A stretch of 62,509 bases of DNA from Diploschistes diacapsis (lineage: Eukaryota): NCBI GenBank assembly GCA_023645945.1, contig JALAIB010000003.1, forward strand, positions 1 to 62,509, in the 5' to 3' direction. The notes under the pieces are model-generated. The model was given only the letters and a program-made list of their open reading frames with translations, searched no databases and was not told the DNA's origin. The translations under genes were made by a program, and so were the position numbers. Position 1 is the stretch's first letter. Each line of letters opens with the position of its first letter. Positions 37,142-51,200 of the stretch are shown one piece after another.

Positions 37142-40100
37142 ATGCCAAAGACTGCAACCAAAGGACGGTCCTTGTGTAATTATCATATCTTCATCATATC
37201 TTCTTCACTTTACTAACCAGTTTCTACAGCTCGCAAAGCCGTCGGGTCTGCTCTACTCTCCGCGACTGATCCTCCTAAGTCTGTCAATACCCGAAGCTTC
37301 CGACACTCTCGGACGATTGAGAACAGTTCAACACGGGACTCGGACCTGGAATTTAGTGACAATCAGGGGAACGATCTTCCCATCAAAGCCTCATCTCGCC
37401 GTCGGGTTCTCCACGCAGTTGCTATTCCATCAGGCGGCAAGCAGTCCACGATGAAAGCGTCCTACCAGTCTCCATCAGCTTCCTCACCATCCCTGGACGT
37501 CTGTCCAAATGATTTGTCCAACGAATACGAAACGCCCGGAACTAGTGCAGTTGCAACACCTGCCGAGAGTGCTGGACTTAAGACACAAATGATTGCTGCT
37601 CCTGGAAATATGCCGCTATCTCAGCGAGGCAAGCGCAAGCGACCAGTGGACGATGTATGCGATACACTACGGGAGGACGAGCTCCTTGCGCAAAGGCTTC
37701 AAGAGGAAGAGTATGCTGATGGGAGCATTACGCTCGCCAAAAGTCTACCACATGGCATTGCGGATAGCGACAACCAATCCGACTCAGTCTTATCTGAACC
37801 TGATTCTGAATACTCGTTCGATTTTGAGTCACACAAGATATCTGCTGGCACCAAAATAAAGCGATTTTCGTCGTGCAGGATGGCGCCTCGGCGCCGCCCG
37901 ATGCAGGCTACAGGTCCTAAGAGGCGAAGACAGTTAGTGATCAGTGCCTCCGACCTGGAAGATCACAGCGAGGAAGATTTGCCGGAAAGCTCCAGTCAGT
38001 TGTCTAATTTCGGATTATCAGTAATGGATTCAAATGACGATGAAAATGTCATTCAAGATGGAGGCCCTTCCAGCCATCGACAGCCGTTCGGGCTTCATCG
38101 TGGAGTGGGGAAGGTTAGCATGTACAGCTCCAGAGTAAGTTAGCCAGGGATTGCTAGCATCGATTACGCTAAGCTTATTCTCAGGCTGCTTACGAGAGGG
38201 CCAAGCTCGAAAAAGCCCATCCAGAAATTAATACTTTGTGGGATGATCTCGCAGCGATCCCAAAAATTACGCCAGTTTGCGGTGAGCAGCCTGCCGGTAT
38301 TTCTCGGAAACTGAAGTCTTTCCAATTGGAAGGCCTCGACTGGATGCGCAAACAAGAAGAGTCATGTTATAAAGGAGGCTTACTTGGCGATGAAATGGGC
38401 ATGGGTAAGAAATCCTATCCTTCTTGGGAATAATGTTCCGCTCACTCCTTTCCCATAGGTAAAACGATCCAAGCTGTGTCTCTCATTATGTCAGATCATC
38501 CTGCCAAAGACCCCACCTTGGTTGTGGTTCCTCCCGTTGCTCTGTTGCAATGGTCCAGCGAGATTGCTGCATACACCGACGGAAAGCTCAAAGTGCTGGT
38601 TCATCATAATACAGACCCAAAGATCAAGAAGCTCACGGCAAAGGACCTCAAGAAGTACGATGTCATCATGATATCTTATTCTGGACTTGAATCGATTCAT
38701 CGGAAAGAGACCAAGGGCTGGAAGAGAGACGACGGGTTGGTTAAAGAAAACTCGCGCATCCATGCTGTTCATTACCATCGGCTCATTCTTGACGAGGCTC
38801 ACAGCATCAAGAGTCGCACCACCGGTGTGGCCAAAGCTTGCTTCGCTCTTCGCGCCAGTTACAAGTGGTGCTTGTCCGGGACTCCTGTGCAAAACCGGAT
38901 CGGTGAATTCTTCTCTCTTTTGAGATTCCTCGAAGTGCGACCCTTTGCCTTGTACTTTTGTAAGAGCTGCTCTTGTGCTGAGCTGCACTGGTCGCAGGAC
39001 GAGGAGAAGAAATGCACTCATTGCTCACATAGCGGCTTCTCGCACGTTTCCATTTTCAATCAAGAGCTGCTTACGCCGCTCACATCCGCGACGGACCAGC
39101 ACCTCCGAAGAGAGGCCCTGGCGAAGCTTCGACTCCTGACCGACCGCATTATGCTTAGGAGGCTCAAAAGAGACCACACCTCGTCCATGGAGCTTCCGCC
39201 AAAGGAAGTAGTGATCCATCATGAGTTTTTTGGAGAAATCGAACGCGACTTTTCGTCAAGCATCATGGGCAACACCGGGCGCCAATTCGACACCTACGTC
39301 AGCCGAGGCGTTATGCTCAACAATTATGCAAATATTTTCGGCCTCATTATGCAAATGCGTCAAGTCGCCAACCATCCGGACCTAATCCTGAAGAAGCATG
39401 CCGAGGGTGGGCAAAACGTGCTTGTCTGCAGCATATGCGACGAGACTGCGGAGGAACCGATTCGCTCACGCTGCAACCACGAGTTCTGTCGTAAATGTGC
39501 CAAAGACTATATGCGGTCGTTCGAAAACAATATTGTGGGGGATAACATGATCCAACCTGACTGCCCACGATGCCACATTGAGCTCAGCATCGATTTTGAC
39601 CAGCCAGATATTGAGCAAGACGAGGACCATGTGAAGAAAAATTCGATCATCAACCGTATCAAGATGGAAGACTGGACATCGTCCACCAAGATTGAGATGC
39701 TGGTCTATGATCTCTACAAGCTGCGGAAGAAATCGCAGACACACAAGTCAATCGTGTTTTCGCAGTTCACTTCTATGCTGCAGCTAGTCGAGTGGCGCCT
39801 ACGCCGCGCCGGTTTCAACACAGTTATGCTCGATGGAAGCATGTCACCGGCGCAGAGGCAGAAGTCGATTGAGTACTTCATGAACAACATCGATGTGGAG
39901 GTCTTTCTCGTTTCCCTCAAAGCCGGTGGTGTCGCCCTGAACTTGACAGAGGCATCGCGAGTCTTCATTGTCGATCCGTTAGTGTATTAACGCCTCACCC
40001 TTTACCCGTTTGCTAATGTGCCGCAGATGGTGGAATCCAGCAGCTGAATGGCAGTCAGCCGATCGTTGTCATCGCATAGGGCAAAAGAGACCCTGCTCGA

Positions 40101-40255
40101 TTACTCGATTGTGCATTGAGGATTCCGTCGAGTCGCGCATTGTCTTGTTACAGGAGAAAAAGGCCAAACTAATTGCATCTACGGTTAACAACGACGATGT
40201 TGCCATGGAGAAGCTTACCCCCGAAGACATGCAGTTCCTATTCCGTGGCTCTTGA
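37142..40255 (+). CDS. RAD16: SNF2-family RING helicase Rad16
   Basis: LKSFQLEGL, GGLLGDEMGMGKT, LILDEAH, LSGTPVQNR, LNNYANIF, internal RING (CSIC..CNHEFC..C..CPRC), SSTKIE, WWNPAAEWQSADRCHRIGQ. The exon-1 start (MPKTATKG) is inferred from frame continuity. Confidence 0.93.
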
Positions 40256-41297
40256 AGCCTCTGCACGCTATAGTTCTTCCACCGCAAGTTGGACGGTATG
40301 CGCGAGGGAAGTCTAGTTGACTGAGACGACCTGCTCTACTATTTATCCCAACATGTTACTGCTCCCTTCAAGGCAGGTTCCTCTGGCTTTCAGGTTGCGA
40401 GCAAGAGCGCACCTGCACGTGTCCGTCAGCTCGCTACAGCTTGACATTTTGTCCTCGCGATGCAGCCCGATTGCTCGATGTAGCTTCGCATACTGCAAAC
40501 ACAGATCTTGCGTGCCCTTTAGCAGAGCTAACCTGTGCCAGTTTGGCGAAGCTCACTTTATCTATCAGAGCGCCTTAAACTTGGACTTGTCTGTAGCCTC
40601 TTAGCCGTTCATGATCCAGAAGTTTGCATGCTCATTGCACTCCACCAGGATGAAGAGCTTGGAATCTATCCGGGGATCAAGACAAATACAAAGTGAAGGA
40701 TTGGTCTGGTGATAGCCATAACAACGAAATGACTCAGCGTATTGAAATAAGACGTATCGACATGAAGCCTGCAAAGTGAATCGTTCCAACCACTTCTGTA
40801 GCATCAACATCTCCCAGCGTTGTTCTTGTAAGTATGGGAATTACTATAATATTCCTTGGCGATTGTCCCGCATTAGTGCCTTTAGAAGTTATGCCTTTTT
40901 AGAGTAGAACATGAAGAGCCCTCCCCTAGTACGAAATGCACGTACTTTTTTACTAGGTACCTGCGTGCTTACTGCCTGACATTAATCACCTCCACACCCT
41001 GGCGCCTACTTGACCTTACTGGGAGTGACTCGACGTTGCAAACTATCCGGCTTGCATGTGGATCACCCTGTATCTAAATCCGCGGCGCGTCTTGCGACAT
41101 CATAGTACCCACAACCGTTGAACTGATGAAGATCGCTGTTTTGGATGACAACGAGCTGCTTACGAATGCCACAAGAGTCTCGCCGCCCTGCGAGAAGGCG
41201 CTGTCTGGCGATCACGCACCCTAGAACATCAGGAGCAGGTTGAAAGAGCGACTTTGTGAAGGAGGATCTCAACTCCATTGCATGCAACATCCTCGTC

Positions 41298-44200
41298 ATG
41301 GGCGTGGTGGGCAGCAGGCCTGACGATGGCTCAGCAATCTACTTCAAGGATCAGAATCGCTGTATGCTGTTGAGCATCCGACTTCGCAGAGAGCAAACAG
41401 TTGACAAGCGTGGCAGTTTCGATTTCGTCCTTATCCATCTCAAACTCGAAGAACCGGACACTCTTCCATGTAACGCCGAACACATATCCTGCTAGTACTC
41501 TGACTGTAAAGCGAGATACTGGGGATGATGCGCCGATCGAATTTGTACAGGTAAGAGCAACTTGATACCTTCCATGTGCGTCATAATCACCTCGACTCAG
41601 GATCCCGATCCTCCGTCGCTTTCTACCTGTCCCAACTTCTTATTGCGGTTAAACAGTGAGGATGGATTGAACTTCAGCTTCTCCATCGTCATTCGGCAGA
41701 GCACAGCATCTTCAAACCCAGGCACGTCGCAACCCGCTCAGGACACAGTAATCAATGGCCTCACCTTCATATTCGCTTCAAATAACAAAGATCTCGATGT
41801 GTTGGTCACTCGAGAATTTCATGCAGACCCTAACCTGCACAGAAATTCAAATGTCGAACTCGTGGGATCGGAATTTTCGACTAGGGGTGGCCCTTCGGCG
41901 CACCTCAACTACGCCTGGAAATGGCGACCGCCGAAGCGGCAGGAAGATAGGGGTGGAGGTTGGCGGAATGCATGCACATTCGTGGAATATGATTCAAGGG
42001 CGCATAGGCTGAACACCCTCGCCACGTTTGCTTTTTGGGTTCAGGGAGCGAAAGCTTCTGGAAGTCCGCAAGTCCCTTCGCCTCAGTATCACCTGCTGGG
42101 CCCGCCTCGAATTAGAATGGCTTCCTCGCATTCTGTGCAATCTGTCTTGAGCGACTCCGAGGGACTAAGCGAAAAAGACATTCCTTCACCTGCGCCGGAG
42201 CCGGAGATCATCCAGCCAATCTCTCAAACAACCACGCATACAGTTATTGATGTATCTTGTCAACGGCCAGGAGATGACTTCAGCGCCGTTGATGACGGGC
42301 CTGTTTTTCGTGCCACGATGAAGGCTCTCGAACAGAAGACGGGCAGCATGCGTTCCCGGATGAAGAAGGTTCTGCGGAAGGCAGAGGCTGCGCAGAGCGC
42401 ACAGAGTCAATGCAACGACGCCATGAAACAATTCATGGAAGCGCTACGTGAAGCCTCCGTTTCCAACGCGAACGCTATTCAACCTGCACTAGAGCATTAC
42501 TTTGAGAAGATTGCTAGACAGATACTCGTCTACGAGAACCAGAATTCGGCAAATTTGCAGAAGCTCATTATCGACCCAATGTCCAAGCTGTACTACATGG
42601 ATATCAAACAAGCCGAGCCTAAGAAACGCGATTTCGAGGACGAAAGCAAAGAGTACTATGCGTACGTTGGTCGATATCTGGGACAACGTCAAGATTCCCT
42701 CAAGGAGAAAAAACGCATAGAGAGCGATTCAAAGTATCAAACGAAAAGACGTAATTTCGAGCTTAAACGATTTGACTATTCATCTTTTATGCAGGACCTT
42801 CATGGAGGAAGGAAAGAGCAGGAAGTCTTGTCCCATCTCACGAAATTTGCGGATACCCAAACCAAAACTTACCTTAGTGCTGCAAGGAAGATCGAGGAGA
42901 TGTTACCGCAATTAGAAGCGCTGATTCGCGAGGTTAGTGAAGCTGACAAAGAGTATCAAATCCAGCGAACAGAGAGGGAAGAGAAGCGACGTAACCTGGA
43001 AAAGAGCACGAAGCCATATGTAGAGCCGGAAGCAGCAAACACCGTTAGCGGATCCGCCGGCATAGTCGCCACGACTGGAACTTCGCCCCCGTCAACGGGC
43101 GACACTGAGCTTGCTCGGGCGGATAGTAGTGGACGTTCCACGCTTCATCATAGCAGCTCTGCTGCATCCCAATCGGGGACAAGTGCCAACGCTCTAGGCA
43201 CATCCAGCAGCTTACGTTCGGCAGGAGGATCTCCCGTTGGGAGTCCTGGCCAAGATCGCTTCAGAGGCATCCGAGACCTCGAGGACAAGAGCCTGAATCT
43301 TTCATTGAATGGGGAACCAACAACTGGACCTCAAATGAAAGAAGGTCTGCTATGGGCACTTAGTAGGCCTGGCTCCCACGTTGATCCTCGTGGCTTGAAT
43401 AAACAGGCATGGCACAAGTGAGTCGATCGCGCAGCATCGTTTGCAACCTTTTTAACGGTCTCCTACAGGTTCTGGATCGTGCTAGACCAAGGAAAGCTAT
43501 CAGAGTACAGCAATTGGAAGGAAAAGCTAGATCTTCACATGGAACCTATCGATTTGCGGCTAGCTTCGGTTCGGGAAGCCCGCAATTCTGAAAGACGTTT
43601 CTGCTTCGAGGTGATTACTCCGAGCTACAAAAGAGTCTACCAGGCCACGTCAGAGGATGATATGTCAAACTGGATAAACGCTATCAATAATGCTCTTCAG
43701 AGTGCCTTTGAAGGACGAGCACAGCCGCAGACCTTTGATCAGCAGCTGGCTGCAGGAACGTCCCTGAAGCGGGACATTGGTTCCGTGCTTACTGGCAGGG
43801 CAAGCTCACACTCTAGGGAAGGCGGTGGGTCATCTCAGCCGAATGGCGTGGGCTCTGGTAGCTCAAACAATGTCTACAGACGGACCACTGTTGGTGCCCG
43901 ACCCAGTTACATAAGGTCAGATAGTGGCAGCTACGGTGAGGATCCAACCAAGCTTCTTCAAGAGATCCGAGAGAGGGATAGAGGCAACATGTGGTGCGCA
44001 GATTGTAACTCAACCGTCAAAACCGAATGGGTGTCAATAAACCTTGGCATCGTGCTATGTATCGAGTGTAGCGGGATTCATCGGTCCTTAGGCACACACG
44101 TGTCCAAAATAAGATCCCTTACATTGGATATCGTCTCGTTCACATCAGATATTGTGGAGATCATCATGTCGATAGGGAACCGAATCAGCAACCAGATCTG

Positions 44201-44807
44201 GGAAGCGAAGCTCGACCAGGAATTGAAACCCCCTTCCACGGCAAACAGGGAGCAGCGCCTGAGATTCATCACGGAAAAGTATGTTGGCCGAGCATACGTG
44301 AACCCGATCTCGAGCACGCTATCGCACTACGCAACCCCGGACGAGACCCTCGTCGCCTCGGTGAAGCGCAACGACATCGAGCAGGTTCTGTATGCGCTCG
44401 CCCTCCGCGCAAACCCCAACGCCACAGACAAATTCCGCAGCACTCACGTGGTCTTCCTCGCCCTTGCCGCGGCGGACCCGGCATCGCCGCACGCCGTCAC
44501 TTCCACCCCGACATCGGCCAGTCCGCGGAGCGGAGGGCCACATCAGTCCAAGCGCCCATCGGCTTTTCCGATCGCGGAACTATTACTGCAGAACGGAGGC
44601 GATCTGCCGAGCACGGTGCCGCCGTTTCCCCTTTCGCACAACGCACAACAGTACCTCGAGCAGAGGAGCGCAAAATTGGGCGGAGATGTCTTGGGAGCCC
44701 TGCCCACCATCAAGAGTCCTGGAAGCTCCACGGAGAAGGACAGGGAACGACTGCAGAAGAGAACAAGCGCGGGCGCGAAATTCTCTGGACGGTCATTTGG
44801 TTTATAA
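41298..44807 (+). CDS. BAR-PH-ArfGAP protein (centaurin-beta/Csx2-like)
   Basis: MGVVGSRPDDG start; DDGPVFRATMKALE (BAR), KEGLLWA..WHKFWIVL..RRFCFEVITP (PH), CADC..WVSINLGIVLCIECSGIHRSLG (ArfGAP); 3 introns. Confidence 0.9.
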
Positions 44808-45632
44808 TATCTACAACGCCGGCGCTTTTCTCCGACGTCCTACGACTCCACCACAGTAGGGCTTTTGGGAGGGGGGATGGAAGGAAGGAACGTTGAGGCA
44901 CTGTCCTCTCCCATCGTATTTAATGTCCCATCTAATGACTTACGGTTATACGCGCCTAATAACCATTGTTTGCATTCTATTCCAGGGACGCTGGTCCAAC
45001 GTTTGCACAACCGGACGACCAAATGAATGGGAGGCTGTTGAATTCCCAAGACGCTCGATTGAACGTCTCGACGAAGGTTTAAATAAATCTACTCGTGGCA
45101 TTAATAATGGCTGCGGTGCACAAAGGGGTAGACCTGAGCATCATGGTCATGAAGAGAATGACGCGAGGATCAGATCCCAGTATTTTTGAGATGAGCAATC
45201 CATACTTTCAAGAGAAGTCTGGATGCGAAATTACATGCGCTATCAAGATGACAAAAAGACGGTTCGGGAAACGATGACCACGTCCAACTCCCTGCTGTGA
45301 CCACCCATCCATGGCGTGAGGTTAACACAATGAAATGTCCAAATGGAAATCCCTCCACCGAAGACGTTTCTTCCGCACTATTACTACAGATTTCGCAAGG
45401 AAAACCCCCCAAATGTGGCAGAGAGAATTTTGGGTACGGCCCCACAACAAAAACCCTGACGCTAGTAGGCCATGACTTGGACGCATCTACCGGGTTTCTT
45501 GATTCAACGCGCACAGGCTCCAAAAAGCTTCTCGGTCTTTTCTCTGGTCGGAGATTGCGTAGCCTCAGAGGTAGCGCCGGTATATCATCCTCTGTTTCCC
45601 TCTTCTCCCTCTCCTTTTTCCCTTTCGCCCTG

Positions 45633-47326
45633 TTATGATTGCACAAATGGCTTTGCAATGTTTTGGGCTGTATGCTCGAGTTTGCCATGACCTTGACGGG
45701 GTCTTTCCCCTGCTCTCTCCGCAAGCTCTTCTTCATCACTGCTCGACAAACTGCTGTCGTCGTCCATCTGTGCATATACCGTGTCGCTCCCTTCAGCCTT
45801 ACGGCGCTCGCGCTGCTCGTTCTTCATCTTGTTCATCTTTTCCGAGTCGGCCTGGCAATCGAGTGTTGAGACTTTGAGCCCCGGAAGGTTCCGCTGGATA
45901 AAATCCTTCAGCTGGGGGAGAAGGTCCTTGTTCGGTCGATAAGTCCCGGAATCATTATCGATCCACAGGTGGTAACAAGCAGGGTCCTTTGGCGGCTCAT
46001 CGTGAGGAGGACCCCCACCAAGCTCGTCGGGAGGATGTGTCTCTGTATCAGAGGGATCCTTGCAGGGCGACTTCAGGCGACGGACAAAGAATTCGCCAGA
46101 GAATGCGATGTATATACTAACGTCGCTGTGCATTGTGTGTTTGGAGAGCAGGTCGATTCCGAACTGTTTGCCCGTCTCTGTGAATCGCCACTGGCCATCG
46201 AGCGTGAGTATATAGGTAAAGATGCGGCCACCACGGTCGTAATGAACGAGATCCAAAAACTGCCGAGTGAAGTCTTTGGATGGCTCCGGAAAAGAGCCAT
46301 ACACAGTTGTTGCATCGTAGTTGTATATACGGGCGTGTTGATGATGCAGTGCGTGATTCAGAAGCCAGCCTCTGAGGGATTTGCCTGTGAACATACCAGC
46401 AACAAATGGCTTGAATTCAACATAACGATGGTACATGTGTTCCGGGACAGGACCTCGAAGTTGCATCTGATTGGCTTGGAAGCTTATCGAACAATTAGCG
46501 GCCATTAGATTTCTGAAGCGAAAGGTGCTCACTTATAATGCTCCGTCGTCTTAGCACCATCCTTATCCTTTTCTGGATCTTTGGTCCCGGCCACTCTTCC
46601 CATCATAGGACTGAAGTGCTGACTCCACTTGCAAGGGCCAATTGTATAGAGTCTCCCGCCATTATCAGCCTGTGTCCTTCCTAGGACTTTAATACTTATG
46701 TAGACATCGCCAGACATGTGGACGCCTTTCTGAAATAGAGCAGCGCATCCGCGAAAGAAGTAAGCGCGCTTGCTACCCATCCGTTTTTTGATCGAGAAAG
46801 GCTGCTCCACGATGCCCGGCCATTGCTCGTTGACGTGATCCACACGGACATGAACATTACCCAGGCGATCATCGTGATCGGCCGGATCCTCGTCATACAA
46901 ACGGCATTTGAGCTCGAACCCATCCGCTGGTACATTGGCTACTATCCAATCCTCGTTCCATTCGGGATCAACGTTCTTACGTTTGGTCGTTGTTCGGAAT
47001 ATGAGGCGAGGATCCTGCTTGTGTCGAGGTCGAAGGTTTGTCTTCATTTGGGCGAGGATGTACGGATCCGAGGATAGGGTGTTGATATCTGCGAATGGTA
47101 GGTTGCGAGCTTTGTGAAAGGTGATCTTTACGGTGTAACCGGGCGGCGCGCGTGGAACTGCAGTGGCGTCGAACCCGCCAGCAGGCTCCTTCTTCTTTTG
47201 GCTTCCAGAAACCTCGGCTTTCTTGTCAGCAGCTTTGTCGACTTTGCCCACAAGCTTGGTGGCATAGGCATCGGTGCGATGGTCCTTGGCGCCCGTGGGT
47301 TGGACCGAACCACCATCCACCTTCAT
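45633..47326 (-). CDS. Fungal C2-domain-containing protein (2 exons)
   Basis: GYTVKITFHKARNLPFADINTLSSDPY..WNEDW..YDEDPADHDDRLG (C2 domain), then the conserved fungal region IDLLSKHTMHSD..IDNDSGTYRP. Start codon uncertain. Confidence 0.8.
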
Positions 47327-47846
47327 GCTTTCCTCAGTAGAGACGGCGGAGCAGACGGGGTTCGAATATGAGATAGACAAGTTGCAAGACGGTTCGATTC
47401 GGTCGGAATCCACGTATGAACAGGAGTTGCGGCGATTGCAGATGCCACAGAAACAGAGAGTGGGTATTCCTAGACAGTCAAGATGCTCCGGAGACGGCAA
47501 GAAGTAGGATTAAGGCCAAAGGTAATGGGACTTATGTACTGTACAAAGTGGTGTCGAGGGCGGGGATACATATGAAAGAAGAAACGGGAAGTAGGAAGCA
47601 ATTGAGTGGTTTGCTTGCGACAGCTCCTCCGGAGGTACTTATCAGAGAGTGGGGAGGGGCTACCAGTTGGAGTTGGACACTACATAGACCGGTTACCGGC
47701 TACCGGTTACGGGTATATGTAGCTTATTTGGCGCTAAAACAACGCTGCGTTAGAATCCCAAAGCGGTTTAATGCCCCGATAACGATAACGCTTATGCTCG
47801 CTAAAGAAGCCAATAATAGCAGGGAAGCTGTACTAGGCATTCTCTA

Positions 47847-47881
47847 ATATCCATATCCATATCCATATCCATATTCATATC
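47847..47881. repeat. (ATATCC)n hexamer microsatellite in the divergent C2/synaptojanin intergenic region
   Basis: atatccatatccatatccatatccatattcatatc. Confidence 0.8.
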
Positions 47882-48291
47882 ATAACAGTATAACAGTCTC
47901 GGGATTTAGAAAAGAAAGAACTCTCGCTCAATCCATGCAGATAGGCAGCATTTAATGGTAATGTTATTATTTTTTTTAATATTTTTTTGCCTGCCTGCAC
48001 TGGATAATCCACCCTTGGTTAATGCCTTTCACCTCGCTTGTATAATACAAAACTTTCCTCTCCTCTTATCCTGCTGTCTTCTACCCATCCCTGAACTACA
48101 TTCAACCATCCACCCGACCTCTGACGATCAAGCATTAGACCGCCCTGCTAGATGTGTAGGCTTTTTTGTTTGCAGAACAGTCGCGCTCGCTACGCTCTCG
48201 CCCACGCAAGAACGCTCGCCTATCCCGATCATTCGGCACACGTGAACCCTCACCTCGTTTCTCGTTGCATGAATAAGCACAAGCAGTCACC

Positions 48292-51200
48292 ATGACTCTC
48301 CAAATCCTTCAACGAGATATACCATGCAGAGCAATCGCGCTGGCCACCCCTTCGCACCTTCTCATATTCCGGTCAAGCCGCTCTATCTCCGAGCCCCATG
48401 GACTTACCAAAACGGTACCACCGCAGATCATGGTCGAGTTTACCGATAGAAAGCATGCGGATCTGCCGGATTACAGGTTGCTCAGACGTCCCACTATACG
48501 CGGCACTCTAGGTCTGATTAATGTCGGAGCTGATGTTTTCATTTGCGTCATCACAAGTGCTTCTGAAGTTGCCAACGTGAGGCCAGGGGAACGTGTTCTG
48601 CGAATTGCGGCTGTCGATTTTTGTACTACGTGGACAGATTCCCGTCTGTTTATCGCACCGGGTGCTGATGCGTCTTAGATTGCATAAACCGAGCCGACTT
48701 CGACGAGCTTGTGGGGGGTGACGCCATTGACGACGTCGACGGCCCTCACTCGGATCATTTTGACGGTGTTGATTCTCGGGGCTATGCAATTGAGCACCCA
48801 TGTACAGGGCTTAAGAAAACCCTAGGGGATGGAACATTTTATTACAGCTTCGATTTCGATCTTACCACTCGCTTGCAAGGCCGGTACGTACAGAACCTAG
48901 ATCGAGCCGCGACCTTCTCCCCCAGCCATTCCCAGTGAGTAAAAAAAACACGGGCGAGGCAACTGATTGAGAACAGAGCTTCAGAGGACCCCACGCCTGT
49001 TTTCTATGCTGGAAACTTTGATGATGGCTTCATGTGGAACTCTTACATGATCCAGCCACTCGTCGCATTCCGTTCACAGCTTGGGATCGCTGCAACGAAG
49101 GCTTTAGATGATTCTCGAATACTGACGTCTGCAATCCGGGGCTACGTTTCGACAACGATCATATCTGCGGGAATCTCCCCCATCCATAACCCCAAGGCCA
49201 GGTTACCCTCTACCTTGAGCTTGATATCTCGCTTGTCGTGTCGTCGTGCAGGAACTAGATTCAATTCGCGCGGTATTGATGATGACGGTAACGTAGCAAA
49301 TTTTGTCGAGACAGAGTCTATCTTCTGGCATCCTTCTGGCCTTTGCTTTTCGTACGCTCAGATCAGAGGATCTGTGCCCGTCTTTTGGGAGCAGGCTACG
49401 GGACTTCCACATCAGCAGAAAATACAAATCACGAGATCAGCGGAAGCGACCCAGCCAGCCTTTGATAAGCACTTTGAAGGGCTAGAATTAAAGTATAGCA
49501 GCATCCACGTGCTCAACCTCTTGAGCCGGACAAGGTCAGGGGAGGTAGAGCTGACCAATCGTTACAACACCCACATAAGCCAATGTTCTCTGAATCGGAG
49601 TGTGAAACATGGGGACGCCCTTGAGCATGCCTTGCTACGGCATTCTCAGTACGACTTCCACGCTGAGACTAGAGAAATGGGATATGAGGCTGCAGGGACA
49701 GTTCGCCGGCTCATCCAAGACCAAGCTGAGGGCTTTGCCTACTTCCTTGCCGACCAAGTGCAAGATAACGTTGATAGACCAAGTGGCGCAACGCCTCGGG
49801 TCGTGCCGATACTACAACAAGAAGGTGTTTTTCGTACCAATTGCCTAGATTGCCTAGATCGAACGAATCTGATACAGACAATCATCAGCCAGACGGCCTT
49901 GGAATCTTTTCTCACCCATCGTGGCGAACAGGCGCCGTCTGATTTCTGGTTACGGCATTCGACGTTATGGGCTGACAATGGCGACGCACTATCCCGAATA
50001 TACGCTGGCACGGGAGCGCTGAAGTCCTCTTTCACTAGGCACGGCAAGATGTCCCTGGCAGGCGCGCTAGCAGATGCAAGAAAAAGCGCTGCGCGTCTCT
50101 ATATCAATAATTTTGCCGATAGAGGTTAGGCACCAAGATCTCTCCTATTTGGCAAAAGGACTAAACTCAGAGATAAGGCCGACAAGCCATTGTCGACACG
50201 CTCCTAGGTCGGCTCGTTGATCAATCGCCGGTAAAGATCTGGGATCCGATAAACGATTTTGTCTCTTCCGAGCTGTCTCGGAGGGCTCACGAATATTCCA
50301 CATCCAAGGACATATCTATCTGGGTTGGTACTTTCAACCTGAACGGCAAGGGGAAGGGAGAAGGCGAGGATTTGTCGACCTGGCTATGTCCTTCGGTTTA
50401 TGACACACGGGCTATGCCCCAGGTTGTTGCCGTGGGCTTCCAAGAAATAGTGGAGCTGAGCCCGCAGCAAATAATGAGTACAGATCCAGCCAGGCGCCGC
50501 GAATGGGAAGTCGCTGTTACTCAAACACTCAATCGGAATGCGGGAGAACGTAACTCTGAAACATATGTTCTTTTGCGAAGCAGTCAGCTAGTTGGCACGG
50601 CTCTAATGATTTTTGTTCAGGCAAGTGCCTTATCATCCATCAAGAATGTCGAAGGCAATGTGAAAAAGACGGGTTTGAATGGCATGGCCGGCAACAAGGG
50701 TGAGTCGAGATGCCCAGCATGAGCGGGCTGCGTATGTGTTCCTTCATGTGCGACGCTAACGTGCCGATCAGGCGGTGTTGGTATTAGGTAGGTCTAGCGA
50801 ACCAAGCTCGGGAAATCGACCGGGCCGCGGTAAAGGGGAAACAGTCAATAACATCTTTCAGAATGGAGTTCGCGAGCACACGCCTTTGCTTTGTGACAGC
50901 CCACCTAGCTGCTGGCTTTGCTAATTATGAGGAACGAAACCGAGATTATCAAACGATAAGCCATGGTCTCCGTTTCCAAAGAAATCGATCTATCGATGAT
51001 CACGATGCCGTGATTTGGCTTGGCGACTTCAACTACAGGATAGGCCTCAGCGATGAGAAGGTACGCAAGTGCATAGCTGCCGGAGACCTGGCAACTCTAT
51101 ATCAAAATGACCAAGTAAGGCAGCATTCCTATCACGTGTTATAGTTATGGTGAACTGAATTCTGGCCACAGTTGAACATCCAGATGGTCGCTGGGCATTC

